DNA of 64,000 nt from an uncultured Planctomycetota bacterium (GCA_963719315.1 CAVRBU010000002.1:704001-768000); one strand, 5' to 3'. Positions 21,250-32,819 are shown, counted from the first letter of the stretch. The notes: generated from the letters alone by a model not told the origin. Made by a program: numbers and translations.

Positions 21250-21876
21250 TCACTTTGCCCGCTTTGGCACAACCAGGCTCTCCATATCAAGGAGCCGCCG
21301 TTTCATCTTGAGTCCTTCCGGCGCTGAGTAACCACCGAGATCGCCGCCGGCCGCGAGTACGCGGTGGCAGGGCACGATCAACGGATAGCGGTTTTTGGCC
21401 ATCACGCTGCCGACGGCTCGGGCCGCGCCGGGCGAGCCACATTCGGCTGCGAGCTCGCCGTAGGTTCGCGTCTGCCCCCACGGAATTCGTTGGCAGGCTG
21501 CGACTACGTGTCGACCGAACGGCGTTAAATGGTCCAACGCCAGCGGCACACCGCCGAAACCAACCGGCTCCCCAGAGCCAAAGCGGTTCAGTCGATCGAT
21601 CAGCTCCACAACCCAATGTGGAACATTAGCCATTTGACCTTCCGTCGCGATGCGGAAGAATGACTGTGGCAAACCCGGAGTCTGAGCGAGCGCAAGCTCC
21701 GCCGTCCGTCGCGACGCATAGCCGAACACATTTCCTAGCAGCACATCGTCGCGCCAGGCAACGGCCATCCAATTCAGTTCTGTGGAAAACGGAGCAACGC
21801 ACGCGCGTCGTTCGTCGGCCCCAGCCGTCGGGCCAGCGCGAAAAGATCGATTGGGCCGATTGATCGTGGATAACAT
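21250..21876 (-). CDS. ogt: Methylated-DNA--protein-cysteine S-methyltransferase
   Basis: IPWGQTRTYGELA, AARAVG, active-site PCHRV, LGGYS. Confidence 0.93.
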   Translation of the reverse strand: MLSTINRPNRSFRAGPTAGADERRACVAPFSTELNWMAVAWRDDVLLGNVFGYASRRTAELALAQTPGLPQSFFRIATEGQMANVPHWVVELIDRLNRFGSGEPVGFGGVPLALDHLTPFGRHVVAACQRIPWGQTRTYGELAAECGSPGAARAVGSVMAKNRYPLIVPCHRVLAAGGDLGGYSAPEGLKMKRRLLDMESLVVPKRAK

Positions 21877-22023
21877 GAATTCACCCTCCTGGAGTGCGGG
21901 GCCTCCTCGGCCATTGCTTTGACAGCGCTCAAGAAGTCATTTTATACTTGATAGGGTCGGCGTCGAGGGTGGAGCGCCGATTCCCACGAACCGCAGCCAA
22001 ATCCCCGAGGAATTACGCAACCG

Positions 22024-22767
22024 ATGATTTCCTATCATGCGCTGGCTGACGATTATTACGTGAGCATGAACCTCAGCACCGAAATGGAGCTGACGGGAAG
22101 CCGCGAAGCAATTCTGCACTACTTCGAACAAATGCAAAAGAAGTTTCCGGAGATGCGGAACTTCTACGCCCGCGAAAAAGGCGATTTCGTACTCGAGGCC
22201 GACAAGGAGCGCGGCAGCTACCGCTGGTGCTCCGTCGAGGCCCGCCGCATCTGCTCCGGCTACGTGAACCCCGATTCGTTCGATGCGGCCGTGGACCAGC
22301 ATCGGCACGTATTGGAACTCGCGCCGTACGGTCTTACGCTCAGCCGGCTCGATTGCGAAGCGCTCGACCTGATGATGGGCTTCGATTTCACCTATCGCGG
22401 CAATCAGAACCAATTGATCGCCGAAGCGCTCGGCGTCTGCCCCGCGTTCGAGAAGCTGGCTGGCATGCCGGGCGCCACGTTCATCAGCAACGAGCCAGCC
22501 CTCACGTTCGCCCTGGATGATGAGTGCCGTACGCAATGCCGCGTAAACGTGGAAACGCGTACCAACGCCTATCAGATTCGCACGGGTGAATTTCAGGATG
22601 AGCAGGTGAGCGTTTACGTGACGGCACGCCAATACGGCAGCCTTCCACCCGATGCGAACTATATCGAAGTCATCGACCGGCTCGCAAGATTCTGCCGCGA
22701 AGTAGTGGATGGTTACGTTGTCGATGGCGTGCTGCAACCGCTGGCACGCGCGATTGCGTTGGAATAA
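22024..22767 (+). CDS. Conserved hypothetical protein (planctomycete-type)
   Basis: 247-aa ORF with strong coding-style composition; no catalytic motif recognised. Confidence 0.75.
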   Translation: MISYHALADDYYVSMNLSTEMELTGSREAILHYFEQMQKKFPEMRNFYAREKGDFVLEADKERGSYRWCSVEARRICSGYVNPDSFDAAVDQHRHVLELAPYGLTLSRLDCEALDLMMGFDFTYRGNQNQLIAEALGVCPAFEKLAGMPGATFISNEPALTFALDDECRTQCRVNVETRTNAYQIRTGEFQDEQVSVYVTARQYGSLPPDANYIEVIDRLARFCREVVDGYVVDGVLQPLARAIALE

Positions 22768-22802
22768 TGACCAACCGAATTGCCGATTGCTTCCGGTGAC
22801 GA

Positions 22803-23453
22803 ATGGAATACTACCGGCTAACGATTCCGATTCCGAAGCGGCCCTTGCAACTGCTGCGATTTCGCATTTCGACCGCACTACTGCTGACTGCGATCCTGGC
22901 AATCGCACTTGCATGGCGCCGCGATCATAACAAGCTCAACGCTCAGTTGCGCCGAATTCACAATCCAAATTCGAACTGGGGAGTCAATCAAGTGACAGGG
23001 ACGCCCAACACCAAGGGCATCGGCGATATCGCCTCCGCCTGGGCTTCGTCAACGCCCGATGATTCGAAGGAATGGCTTGAATTGGAATACGACAAATCAG
23101 TCGTGCCAACCGCAATCCTGGTTCATGAAACGTACAATCCGGGCGCGGTCGTGAAAGTCACTCACGTTCCGTTCTGGGGCGGCGAGAAGACGCTTTGGGA
23201 AGGCCGAGATCCCGTAGGCGCAAACGGGGGTGTCTCGCGGCTGCCTGTATTGGTCGGAATCAAAACCGGCCACATCAAAGTATACATTGATTCGCCCGCC
23301 GTACCCGGCTGGAACGAAATCGACGCCGTCGGCCTGGAGTACGGCAACAAGGAAATGATCTGGGCCACTTCCGCCAAAGCCAGCAGTTTTTACGGCGACC
23401 AATGGCCGCAACAAAATGGTTACGGGCCGTACGGAATGCAGTACGTTTATTAG
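22803..23453 (+). CDS. Membrane-anchored protein with discoidin/pappalysin-like beta-sandwich domain
   Basis: RFRISTALL + TM; QVTGTPNT, AWAS, WLELEY, HETYNPGAV, WNEIDAV motifs. Confidence 0.7.
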   Translation: MEYYRLTIPIPKRPLQLLRFRISTALLLTAILAIALAWRRDHNKLNAQLRRIHNPNSNWGVNQVTGTPNTKGIGDIASAWASSTPDDSKEWLELEYDKSVVPTAILVHETYNPGAVVKVTHVPFWGGEKTLWEGRDPVGANGGVSRLPVLVGIKTGHIKVYIDSPAVPGWNEIDAVGLEYGNKEMIWATSAKASSFYGDQWPQQNGYGPYGMQYVY

Positions 23454-23479
23454 CCGCGTCCGACAGCGACTCTTCCGCC

Positions 23480-24868
23480 TTAGTTCTCGGCCGGCTTTTC
23501 CTGTCCACCCGGCTGCTCTGGCGAGTTTCCACCCCCACTAGCCTCATGCTTCTTCCGCGATTCCTCAGCCTTCGCCAACGCTTCTTTGGCCAAGTCTTTG
23601 CCGGCCAACAAGGCTTCGATCTCCTTCGTCAGCATCTTGCTCAACTGGCCACTGTAGCCCACGTGTACGACTTGCACTTTGCCGTCCTTGCCGATAAGCA
23701 GCGTCTGCGGAATGCCTTCCACCTTGTATTGTTCGGAGATCTCGTTCTTGGGATCCATCGCTACGGTCGGGTCGAGCTTGGCTTCCGCTAAAAAAGCCTT
23801 GATCACCGCGGGATCCTCGCCCACATTCACGGCATAGAACACCAGCCCCTTCTCCTTGAATTTCTTGGCCACCTCTTCCACTTGCGGCATCGCCTGCACG
23901 CACGGTCCGCACCACGTGGCCCAAAAATCGAGCAGCACCACGTTCTTGCCAAGCGATTGCTTCAAGTCGATCGGCTTGCCGTCCACATCCGTCGTGGTGA
24001 AAGGCGGGGCCGGCTGACCGAGTAGCGGATGGGGCTGCTCTTCGGGGGCTTCCATGATGGACTCCACTTTCTGAGCGTCCGCCGGCGGCGTGAACGAGAA
24101 ATCGGCGGCCGTGAATTTCGGGGCGACGTTCCAATCCGAAAGCGTGACGATATAACTCAGCGTCACTCCGTCGAATTGTCCGCCTGCGCCCGCTAATTGC
24201 TTCGTCAAATCGGGCTGCACCTTGTGAACCAACGGCCGATTGCCGACTTCGATCCAAATGTCCCAGTCGAATTCCTCCTGAATAAAGCGGCAATGGTGGC
24301 AGAGCACTTCGCCCGTCTTCAAGTCACCCACCTTTTCCTGACCCAGGTATTCCGATTTTATTACGCCGTCCATCAGCGCTCGGTAGAACTCGTCGCCGCT
24401 CGTAGGAATCACGACCCCCGACATGCCCAGCATCGTGATCGAAATCGGGGCTCCGATATCGGTCATTTCTGCGAAGTCGGCGGGCGCTTCCTTCACCACA
24501 TATCGCTTCAGCATGGGCAAGAATTGCGTCAACTCCTTGCCGTTGCTGACGACCGTCATCCCCATCACGCCCTCGTCCACGATCATCGCCAGCCGATTCG
24601 GCCGCTCCAGCCGCACGGTCATCTTCGTGACGGAACGATTCTTCTGACCCTTGCCACTGATTTCCAACACCGATTCGACTTTGCAGGAGAACGCGGGCAG
24701 CTTGCCCATGAAATCCGCCATCTGTCTCAGTACATCATCCGGATTTACCTCCCCCGCCTTAGCCGCCGCTTGCGGTTTCGCCGGCGCAGTCGGTTGACCA
24801 AGTGCTGGCCACGCGAGCCACACGTTCGTACCGAATGCAATCAACAAAATGACGCTTAGTTTTCGCAT
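23480..24868 (-). CDS. Secreted DUF2092 (LolA-like) domain + TlpA-like redoxin fusion
   Basis: Signal peptide; ERPNRL, DWDIWIE, WNVAP..FSFTPPADA; APPF..DFWATWCGPC..GIP. Confidence 0.88.
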   Translation of the reverse strand: MRKLSVILLIAFGTNVWLAWPALGQPTAPAKPQAAAKAGEVNPDDVLRQMADFMGKLPAFSCKVESVLEISGKGQKNRSVTKMTVRLERPNRLAMIVDEGVMGMTVVSNGKELTQFLPMLKRYVVKEAPADFAEMTDIGAPISITMLGMSGVVIPTSGDEFYRALMDGVIKSEYLGQEKVGDLKTGEVLCHHCRFIQEEFDWDIWIEVGNRPLVHKVQPDLTKQLAGAGGQFDGVTLSYIVTLSDWNVAPKFTAADFSFTPPADAQKVESIMEAPEEQPHPLLGQPAPPFTTTDVDGKPIDLKQSLGKNVVLLDFWATWCGPCVQAMPQVEEVAKKFKEKGLVFYAVNVGEDPAVIKAFLAEAKLDPTVAMDPKNEISEQYKVEGIPQTLLIGKDGKVQVVHVGYSGQLSKMLTKEIEALLAGKDLAKEALAKAEESRKKHEASGGGNSPEQPGGQEKPAEN

Positions 24869-24916
24869 GGCAGTGTCCCCGGGATAGTTGCGCAATGATA
24901 CGCCAGAAAAAGTGTG

Positions 24917-25303
24917 CTAACCAATCAATCGTTGAACGCTTTCGATCAACCGGTCCATGGGGAACGGTTTGCGGATGTAGTCATCGACACCTAGCATCTC
25001 GGCATACGCCTTGTGACGAGTGCCTTCGTTGGCCGTGATCATGATCACGCGCATCGGCGTCTCGCGCGTGCGACGCATTTTTTCGAGCACCAGAAACCCG
25101 CTCCTCTTGGGCATCATCATATCGAGAATCACGAGGTCCGGATTCTCGCGCTCCGAAAGCGCCAGGCCTTGATTGCCGTCGCGGGCTACGAGCACCGTGT
25201 ATCCGTTCGCCTCAAGCGTCAGCCGCAACGACTCGATGATATCTGCGTCGTCGTCCACGAGCAGAATCCGCTTGCCCGCTTTTTGACCGCTGTCTTTTGC
25301 CAT
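24917..25303 (-). CDS. Single-domain response regulator (CheY-like)
   Basis: ILLVDDD, DLVILDMMMP, MITA, YIRKPF. Confidence 0.93.
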   Translation of the reverse strand: MAKDSGQKAGKRILLVDDDADIIESLRLTLEANGYTVLVARDGNQGLALSERENPDLVILDMMMPKRSGFLVLEKMRRTRETPMRVIMITANEGTRHKAYAEMLGVDDYIRKPFPMDRLIESVQRLIG

Positions 25304-25328
25304 GAGTTTTGTTAAGATTTCTGACCTT

Positions 25329-25419
25329 GGTGAGTAGCTGAGCAAGGGAGTAGGTGAGCGGGTCACGAGAATGAATTGCTCCGCACTTGCTCATCAACTC
25401 ACCCACTCACTTATTCCCC
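25329..25419. repeat. 8-mer periodic inverted repeat (GGTGAGTA-like / xACTCACC-like) between divergent genes
   Basis: ggtgagta gctgagca agggagta ggtgagcg ... tgctcatc aactcacc cactcact tattcccc. Confidence 0.7.
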
Positions 25420-25464
25420 CTATGTTTACCGATCGGCGCAAGATTTGCAACCGGGAACGTGCGG

Positions 25465-26584
25465 ATGTCCAAGTCCATAGAAAAACAAACGGTGCCTGAA
25501 AAAGCGCCCCGCGTACCAATCGTCGCGGCACCGAAACTCCCGTACCAGCCACGCGACCCCAAACGCTACCGCCCCGGAATTGCCGTCGTTGGATGCGGCG
25601 GCATCACCAAGTGGCATCTGCGTGCGTACAAAGAGGCAAATTATCGCGTCGTCGCGCTTTGCGACATGGTCCTGGCTCGCGCCGTGGAGCGTCGCGACGA
25701 GTTTTACCCAGAAGCCACTGCGACCGACAGCTTCGACGAAGTGCTATCGCGCGATGATGTGGTCGTCGTCGATATCACCACGCACCCGCCGGAGCGCCCG
25801 CCACTCGTCGAGGCCGCGCTCCGAGCGCAAAACACGTGCTCAGTCAGAAGCCGTTCGTGCTTGACCTCGATGTGGGCCAGCGACTCGCCGATATTGCCGA
25901 CGAGATGGGCGTGAAATTGGCCGTCAACCAAAACGCCCGCTGGGCGCCCCATTTCAGTTACATTCGAGAAGCCGTCCGCGCCGGCCTCCTAGGCTCGATC
26001 GACGCAATCCACTGCGACGTCCATTGGGACCACAGTTGGGTCAAGGGCACGCCATTCGAATCGGTCCGTCACTTGATCCTTTATGATTTCGGCATCCATT
26101 GGTTCGACTTCGTCCGCACGATCATGGGCGACGTGATTCCGCGCCGGATTTACGCCTCGATGGCCCGCTCCGCCACGCAAACGATCCAGCCGCCCCTCTT
26201 GCGCAAACCATCATTGAGTACGAAGCAGCACAAGCGACTCTGATCTTCGACGGCGCTACTCGCTTCGATCCCATGGACCGCACTTTCGTCGTCGGCAGTC
26301 AGGGCGCGATCCGCAGCGTGGGCCCTAGCACCGAACATCAGCGCGTAGAACTGACGACCGCCGCCGGCATCGCTCGCCCTCGCTTGAAGGGCGCGTGGTT
26401 CCCCGATGGCTTCCACGGCACGATGGCCGAATTGCTAGCCGCGATCAAAGAAAACCGCGAGCCCACCCACAGCGCCCGCAACAACCTTGCCAGCCTCGAA
26501 CTCTGCTACGCCGCCGTCGCGAGTGCCGAGCGCGGCGAAGCCGTGAAGCCAGGCTCTGTCCGCCAATTGCCTGCCGTCGTGTGA
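25465..26584 (+). CDS. Gfo/Idh/MocA family oxidoreductase; two apparent 1-bp deletions (near 25830 and 26200)
   Basis: GCGGI Rossmann motif, HVLSQKP, VNQNARW, DFGIHWFD spread over three overlapping ORFs. Confidence 0.85.
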
Positions 26585-26720
26585 CCACAGACGCGGGTGC
26601 CACGGGCCTTGCCAGTTCTTACCGTGAATCATCGCCCGTCCAGTGCTCAGACTGGCAAGCCTTGGCTCAAAAAGTTCAATGAATTGTTGTCGGGGCCGGT
26701 CGAGCAGTTATGAGCTTGCT

Positions 26721-28939
26721 CTACCCACTTTCAATGCGTGGCCTCGCCACCATCAACAAGCCCACTCCCACTAGAATCCCCACCGCCGCCAACGCGTGCC
26801 ACATCAACGGCAAGTGCGCCTCCTCTTGCACGCCCCAGCCACGCGCCGCTAGTTCCTCGCGGTAGTAGATGATTGAGAACACGAAGCCATTTAGTACTGT
26901 GTGCAAGACGATCCCCGACAACACGCTGCCCGTACGCAACCGCACCCAGCCCAGTATGAGCCCCAACGCGGCAGTCGGCATGAGCTTTCCGGGGAATAAC
27001 ACCTCATGAAAAAAACCAAACAGCAAGGCCGTGGCCACCACTGTCCATCCGCCGGAGAGCTTTTGGCGTATCGACGCGAACAGAAAACCGCGAAAACACA
27101 ATTCTTCGAAAACTGCCGGCACTAACGCAAACGTGATCAGGATCAGCCACAACGGCACCGCCTGAAACTGCTTCACGATCGCATCGACTTTCTTGACGAT
27201 ATCCGGATTGAGCGTCAGCAATCCGTATTGTTCACACAGCAACGCGAGTTCGTGAGCCGCCGGCCAAAGTGAAACACCAAGGATCGCGGCCGCCACTAAA
27301 TTCAGCGGACTTGTCCCGCGAGCCCCAGCCCGCTCGACCAACGCACGCGGCAGAACATCGCGATGACCACCGGAATGCCGCCAAAAATGGCGGCCGTGAT
27401 CAACGCGCGCACCACGAATTGCTGCTCCATCGAATACTCCGCCGACCGCCCCAAACCATTCGCCAAAATAAAGTACGACGGAAACATCAACGCCAAACAA
27501 AACATAGCCGCGGCCAGACTGGCCGCCGGCCGCGGCTCGCTCGGCCGCCGCATCAAATCCGACCACGTTGCCGGGCTACCATACAGAATCGCGTCGGTGC
27601 CGAAGATCCTAGCCGCAACGCCGATCGCCGCCGCAATATAAAAAATTGTCGAACTCACCGCGGCAATCGCCAACCCCGGTTGCACGCTGCCTTCCAACAG
27701 ATCGCGGGCCAGCATCACGATGTTCACTAACGGCGTCACCGCCATCCAACCCGTAAACACAAGGCTCGGCAGCAAACACAACACGCCCGGCACCAGGCAC
27801 AGCAGCATCAGCGGAATGATATACGCCTGCGCTTCCTTGAAACTTCGCGCGTAACTCGTAATCGCCAGCAGAATGGCCGAGAAAAACGCCGCAAATAGTC
27901 CCAGCAGCAGCAGCACCTTGATTACTACGCCAAACGTCATCCCGCCGCCGAACAAGCCTGTGGCCAAGCCCGTACTGTGGGCGGTGATTGTCATTCCAGT
28001 CAGATTGACCACCGCCGTGAGAAGCGCAACCGTCAGCACGGCGATGTACTTGGCAAACAACAACCCCAACCGCGGGACCGGCGCGGCGATGAGCGTTTCC
28101 AATGTGCCGCGCTCGCGTTCGCCGGCCGTGAGATCGATCGCGGGGTAGACCGCGCCGGTCACGGTCATCAGCACGAGAATCAACGGAATGAGTGCGGCCA
28201 ACGAAAACACCGGCGCGCCGCTGAAACTGATCGGATGCCGTTCGAGTGCTGCGGGCAACCCCGCGACGACATCCAGCCGCTTGAGTTGCTCGTTCAACCC
28301 CACCTCGTTGCAAGCTTGAAGGCGCGATTCCACGTAATCGAGCGCCGCCTCGCTCGCCGGCGAGCCCGCTCGGTAAATCAGTTCCCACACGAGCGGCGTT
28401 TGCAAACCTTTCTTGGCATCGTCCGGCTGCTCCCGCCGATGCACCAACGCGAGGTGCAGCAAAGAATCGGCGACATACTGCTCAAGATTTGCATCCGGAA
28501 AATCTACCAGCGAAATCGTTGGCTTTACGTCTTGCCCACTCGGGACCAGACCAATTCGCGGGCGCTCGCTCTTGTTTGCCTCGCCGCGCTCGTCGCGTCT
28601 GCCAGCTCCGGCATTCCCACTTTGCCTTCTCGCGGCCAATGCGGCGTCGCCCACTCGGAGTTGTTTCTCCAGTATTTGTCGCCCAATTGACGAATCCACG
28701 CCCACCACATAGTTAGCGTCCTGTCCCGCCGACAACGATGTAACCAAAAACCGCTGAAACACGATCGCCAGCAGTGGGTAGATCAAGAGCGGCATCACGA
28801 CCAGCGTGATGATCGTGCGGCGGTCGCGCAGGATCTCGCGCAGCTCCTTCAACACCAACCGTCGCAGCCGCCCCAATTGCCAATGGCTGGCGGCTGTATG
28901 CGACTGGCGCTCGAACAAGTGTGAAGGATCGTCGCTCAT
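26721..28939 (-). CDS. NatB-like ABC transporter permease fused to a CPBP (CAAX) intramembrane protease; apparent frameshift near 27320
   Basis: KELREILRDRRT, AGERERGTLETL, ARSFKEAQ; C-terminal FEELCFRG, FGFFH, H..LN motifs. Confidence 0.88.
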
Positions 28940-28978
28940 GAATTGATTTGAATTTGTGATTCGCCTGCCATTCCGAAT

Positions 28979-29051
28979 GGGTGGCTAGGGTCAAGCCCAG
29001 CGAGCCCCCCGCGAAACTGGCGGCTCGCCTTCGGCTCGACCCCAGCCACCC
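28979..29051. repeat. GTGG-type REP-like inverted doublet
   Basis: GGGTGGCTAGGGTCAAGCC ... GGCTCGACCCCAGCCACCC. Confidence 0.7.
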
Positions 29052-29059
29052 AACATCAA

Positions 29060-29800
29060 CTAACCAGTTTTCGCCGGTTGGAAAAAACTCCGAAACATAT
29101 CCACCAGCGTGAGGCAGCCTGTCGCGGTCCGCAGCTCCGCAAGCGTTCCTTCGAGCCGCAACTGCCCCTGGTGCAACAATCCGAACCGATCGCACAACCG
29201 CTCGGCTTCGTCTAACCGGTGCGTACTCACGATCACCGCCTTGCCTTCGTCGCGCAGCCCACGGACGTAATCGACAACCACCTGGCTGCCGAGCACGTCC
29301 AGCCCGCGCGTCGGCTCATCGAGCAGCACCACCGGCGGCGAATGGATGAGCGCCCGCGCGAGCGTCACCCGCTGCCGCTGACCGGTGCTCAACAGCGAAC
29401 AACGACGATCCAAGAGCGATGTCAACTCAAACAAATTGGCGAGCGTTCGCAAGTTCTCGCCCGCCTCGCGCGGCGGCAAGCCGTACAAATCGGCAAAAAA
29501 CAACAGCATCTCGCGCACCGTAAGCCACGGGTACACGCCATCATTGGCCGAAACCAGCCCCACTCGCGACTTCACCTCGTCCGGCGCCTCGCTCGTGCGA
29601 AAGCCGGCCACCTCGGCCCAACCGCTATCGGGCCGCAGCAGGCCCACAATCATGCGAATCGTAGTCGTCTTACCCGCCCCATTGGGCCCCAACAAACCGT
29701 ACACCTCGCCCGAATTCACGACGAATGACAACCGATCGACTGCGAGAATCTCCGCTCCCCCAATCCAAAACCGCCTCGAAAGCTCGTGAATCGTGATCAT
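29060..29800 (-). CDS. NatA-like ABC transporter ATP-binding protein
   Basis: [27 protein letters not shown]. Confidence 0.92.
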   Translation of the reverse strand: MITIHELSRRFWIGGAEILAVDRLSFVVNSGEVYGLLGPNGAGKTTTIRMIVGLLRPDSGWAEVAGFRTSEAPDEVKSRVGLVSANDGVYPWLTVREMLLFFADLYGLPPREAGENLRTLANLFELTSLLDRRCSLLSTGQRQRVTLARALIHSPPVVLLDEPTRGLDVLGSQVVVDYVRGLRDEGKAVIVSTHRLDEAERLCDRFGLLHQGQLRLEGTLAELRTATGCLTLVDMFRSFFQPAKTG

Positions 29801-30027
29801 ACGAAGATGCGGAAAGCCATCTATTGGGAAAGGGAATTGACAGAAGTTTGCACCGCCGCGTTCGAGCCGGTATTCTGAGCGTATCGGTAGAAGCCCTGCC
29901 CGTCCACGTGAACAGGTCGGATATGCTTGACTGCGATTATTCTCGATACAAATCAAGTCCGCCCGCTTAAGCGGCGCCTTGTTCATGAGAAGTTACCCAC
30001 TTCGATCCTAGTTCCTACAAATTATCG

Positions 30028-30097
30028 AGCAGGAGTTAACAGGGAACACAGAAGACTCTGCTCTTCTCCTCCGTTACCTCTGATACCTCCTGTTCAA
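30028..30097. repeat. 9-mer periodic inverted repeat upstream of the esterase gene
   Basis: gcaggagtt aacagggaa cacagaaga ... ctccgttac ctctgatac ctcctgttc. Confidence 0.6.
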
Positions 30098-30105
30098 TTT
30101 CTTAC

Positions 30106-30963
30106 TTGACCATGAGAAATACCGCAAACATACAATTAACGATCACCACGGCCGCTTTTTTTTGGGGAGCACGGCTCATGGCGCAAACTGGCGAGATCAA
30201 CATCGAGCCCGGCAAACAGTTGCCCCAATCCGTTACCGTCCACGTCGGAGACAAAGGCGCCGCGCACGATGTCACGATTCGCTACCTGCTGTTTGTGCCG
30301 AAAGACTACAAAGCCGACGGACGGAAGTGGCCGCTTATGCTGTTCCTGCACGGGCTGGGCGAGTGCAGCAGCGACGATTTGAACAAAGTGAAAATCCACG
30401 GCCCGCCCAAAATCGTAGAGGGCCGGCCCGATTTTCCGTTCGTGCTCGTGTCTCCTCAATCCCCGCTGCCTCCGGGCTACGATCCCAATCAGCCCGCGGA
30501 AAAGACCCCGCAACAAGTGAACGAACTTGTTCTCCGCGCATGGAAGCCGGACGAGTTGATTCAGCTCATCGATCACGTCAGCAGCAAGTTAAGTATCGAC
30601 CCCGATCGCGTGTACGTCACCGGTTTGAGCATGGGTGGCTACGGTACCTGGCGGCTCGCGGCCACGTACCCGGAACGATTCGCGGCCGCCGTGCCGATTT
30701 GCGGGGGCGGTGATCCGGTGCCGATGGCCGCCGCACTCAGCCGTGTGCCGATCTGGGCGTTTCACGGCGCGAAAGATACGGTTGTGCCCCTCTCCGAATC
30801 GAAGAATATGCTTCACTACATCCGGCAGGCAGGCGGCGATGTGCGACTCACCATTTACCCCGAAGCTGGACACAACGCCTGGGAGCAAACGTACAACAAC
30901 CAGGAAGTCTACGACTGGCTCCTCGCTCATCGACGCAAGTCAAAAACAGACGCCGCCAAGTAG
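30106..30963 (+). CDS. Secreted alpha/beta hydrolase (phospholipase/carboxylesterase, predicted peptidase type)
   Basis: FLHGLGE, VSPQ, TGLSMGG, FHGAKD, EAGHNAW catalytic-triad motifs. Confidence 0.9.
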   Translation: MTMRNTANIQLTITTAAFFWGARLMAQTGEINIEPGKQLPQSVTVHVGDKGAAHDVTIRYLLFVPKDYKADGRKWPLMLFLHGLGECSSDDLNKVKIHGPPKIVEGRPDFPFVLVSPQSPLPPGYDPNQPAEKTPQQVNELVLRAWKPDELIQLIDHVSSKLSIDPDRVYVTGLSMGGYGTWRLAATYPERFAAAVPICGGGDPVPMAAALSRVPIWAFHGAKDTVVPLSESKNMLHYIRQAGGDVRLTIYPEAGHNAWEQTYNNQEVYDWLLAHRRKSKTDAAK

Positions 30964-30984
30964 GCGCCGCGAGCCGAGCGGCGC
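30960..30984 (+). repeat. GTAG-type REP-like hairpin overlapping the esterase stop codon
   Basis: GTAG + GCGCCGC-gagccga-GCGGCGC. Confidence 0.55.
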
Positions 30985-30990
30985 GGGGAA

Positions 30991-31078
30991 AGACAAGGAG
31001 ACAAGGAGAGGGGGAGACAAGGAGATCTGTTTACAGCGTCTCGCCGAAAGCCTCTTTGTAACCTTGTCTCACTTTCGC
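30991..31078. repeat. 8-mer AGACAAGG periodic inverted repeat between convergent genes
   Basis: agacaagg agacaagg agaggggg agacaagg ... tctttgta accttgtc tc; same family as 56051-56128. Confidence 0.8.
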
Positions 31079-31099
31079 GTCGGCCTCGACTTGGCCGAC

Positions 31100-32674
31100 T
31101 TATTGCAAATTATTCGCCGTAATTCCCGGCCAATCGTCCGTACGAAACGGCGTCACGGGCAGTAGCGACGTGCTATACAAGTTGCACACTGGGTTGTCGG
31201 CCCAAGCATATCGCACCGCCACCGGCTCCTTGACCTCTTTGCTCGAAACTTCGACCTGATTCGGCTTCACGATCTTCGCATCAGCCCAGTGCCATTTGCG
31301 ATCCTCGCCGGCTATGGCGAAGCCCTGCACGGTAGCATTATCAACAACGCGCAGCCCACCGTCGACGTCCTTGAACTTCAAGACGATCTTGTCGCCTTGC
31401 TTCTCCATCGCCTCGTAACGTGGGCTCTCGTTCTCGACTTTCTTCCCGTAATCGTGCGCCAGCGCCAGCCGCGCCAGCCGACGACCGACCTCCAACTTTT
31501 TCTTGGGGTGAATGTCTGATGCCTCACCCAGGTCAATGATCACGGCCTGCCCCGTGTTGGGCAGTTTATCTTGCGTCATCGTTTGCGCTTTGCGCAACTC
31601 AGCCCAAGCGCTGTCCCCGGGCTCCGGCTTCTCGGCCATGAAGTCGGCCAGTTGCACCCAATAAAATGGAAAGTCGCCTTCTTTCCAATCCTCGCGCCAC
31701 GACTCGATCATCAGCGGAAACATATCGCGATACTGATACGCCCGGCCCGCGTTCGATTCGCCCTGATACCAGATAACGCCGCGGATCGCATAGGGCATCA
31801 CCGGCTCGACGCGGGCATGATACAGGTTGGCTGGGCGATGTTGGCCAAGCGCCGGATCGTTGGCCAGCGGCCGGTTCGGCGGCGCATGCTTTCCGGCTTT
31901 CTTCGCGGCCTCGGCCTGCTTGCGCCACGCTGCCCAGTCGACTTTCCACTTGGCCTCGTCGAAATTCTTTACGGAGTCGTCCCACTTCTTAATCAAGCCC
32001 GTATACAACGGATTGCCTTCCATCCGATCGCGACGGATCCAGGCTTCACAGGAAGAACCGCCCCACGAGTCGTCGATCAAGCCGATCGGTACGCCAAGCT
32101 GGTCATGCAGTTCTCGGCCGAAAAAATAACCGACGGCTGAAAAGCCTTTCGCCGATTCCGGCGAGCAGACCTTCCATTCGCCGTCGAAATCTTCCACCGC
32201 CGTCTGGCTGCCCGGCTCCTTCACATCGATCAGGCGAATCTGCGGATGATTGGCCACGGAAATTTCTAAGTCGGCATCCGTCACCGCCGAGAGCGGCAGT
32301 TCCATATTCGATTGGCCAGAGCAAAGCCACACTTCTCCTACCAAGAGGTCCTTAACTTCCAATCGATCCTTGCCACTTTCCACGACGAGCTTGAGCGGAT
32401 CGCCCACCGAAAGCGGCTTGAGCGTTACGCTCCAATCTCCCTTCTTGTCGGCCTTCGTTTTCAACGTCTGACCGGCGATCGCAACCGTCACCTGTTCACC
32501 CGGCTCTGCCGTGCCCCACACCGGCACCGGCATCCCGCGCTGTAGCACGGCGTGATCCGTGAACATCGCGGGCAATTTCAATGCTGCATGCAAACCTATC
32601 GGTAGCGATCCAAAAAATAAAACCAACGAAAATCCCATCAACCTGCACGTCTTGATCGAAACTCGGTGACTCAT
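31100..32674 (-). CDS. Sialate O-acetylesterase (SGNH) family protein, secreted
   Basis: GEVWLCSGQSNM, WGGS, WYQGESN, DIHP, VRYAW. Confidence 0.93.
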   Translation of the reverse strand: MSHRVSIKTCRLMGFSLVLFFGSLPIGLHAALKLPAMFTDHAVLQRGMPVPVWGTAEPGEQVTVAIAGQTLKTKADKKGDWSVTLKPLSVGDPLKLVVESGKDRLEVKDLLVGEVWLCSGQSNMELPLSAVTDADLEISVANHPQIRLIDVKEPGSQTAVEDFDGEWKVCSPESAKGFSAVGYFFGRELHDQLGVPIGLIDDSWGGSSCEAWIRRDRMEGNPLYTGLIKKWDDSVKNFDEAKWKVDWAAWRKQAEAAKKAGKHAPPNRPLANDPALGQHRPANLYHARVEPVMPYAIRGVIWYQGESNAGRAYQYRDMFPLMIESWREDWKEGDFPFYWVQLADFMAEKPEPGDSAWAELRKAQTMTQDKLPNTGQAVIIDLGEASDIHPKKKLEVGRRLARLALAHDYGKKVENESPRYEAMEKQGDKIVLKFKDVDGGLRVVDNATVQGFAIAGEDRKWHWADAKIVKPNQVEVSSKEVKEPVAVRYAWADNPVCNLYSTSLLPVTPFRTDDWPGITANNLQ

Positions 32675-32819
32675 GTTGGACCGCCTCAATTACGTCTAGT
32701 GATGAACGTGACAATACGCTCGTTCCGAGCTTGTCGGAATACGCGAGCAATTCGAAACGAATGGCCACCCCATGATACGCCGGGGAAAAGCCTGATGGAA
32801 CCGCCACCAGATGCCCGAT

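Noticed and set aside
25465..26584. Programmed frameshifting or true pseudogene status for the split genes
   Set aside because: No consistent slippery motifs, and the indel density across unrelated genes favours sequencing error.
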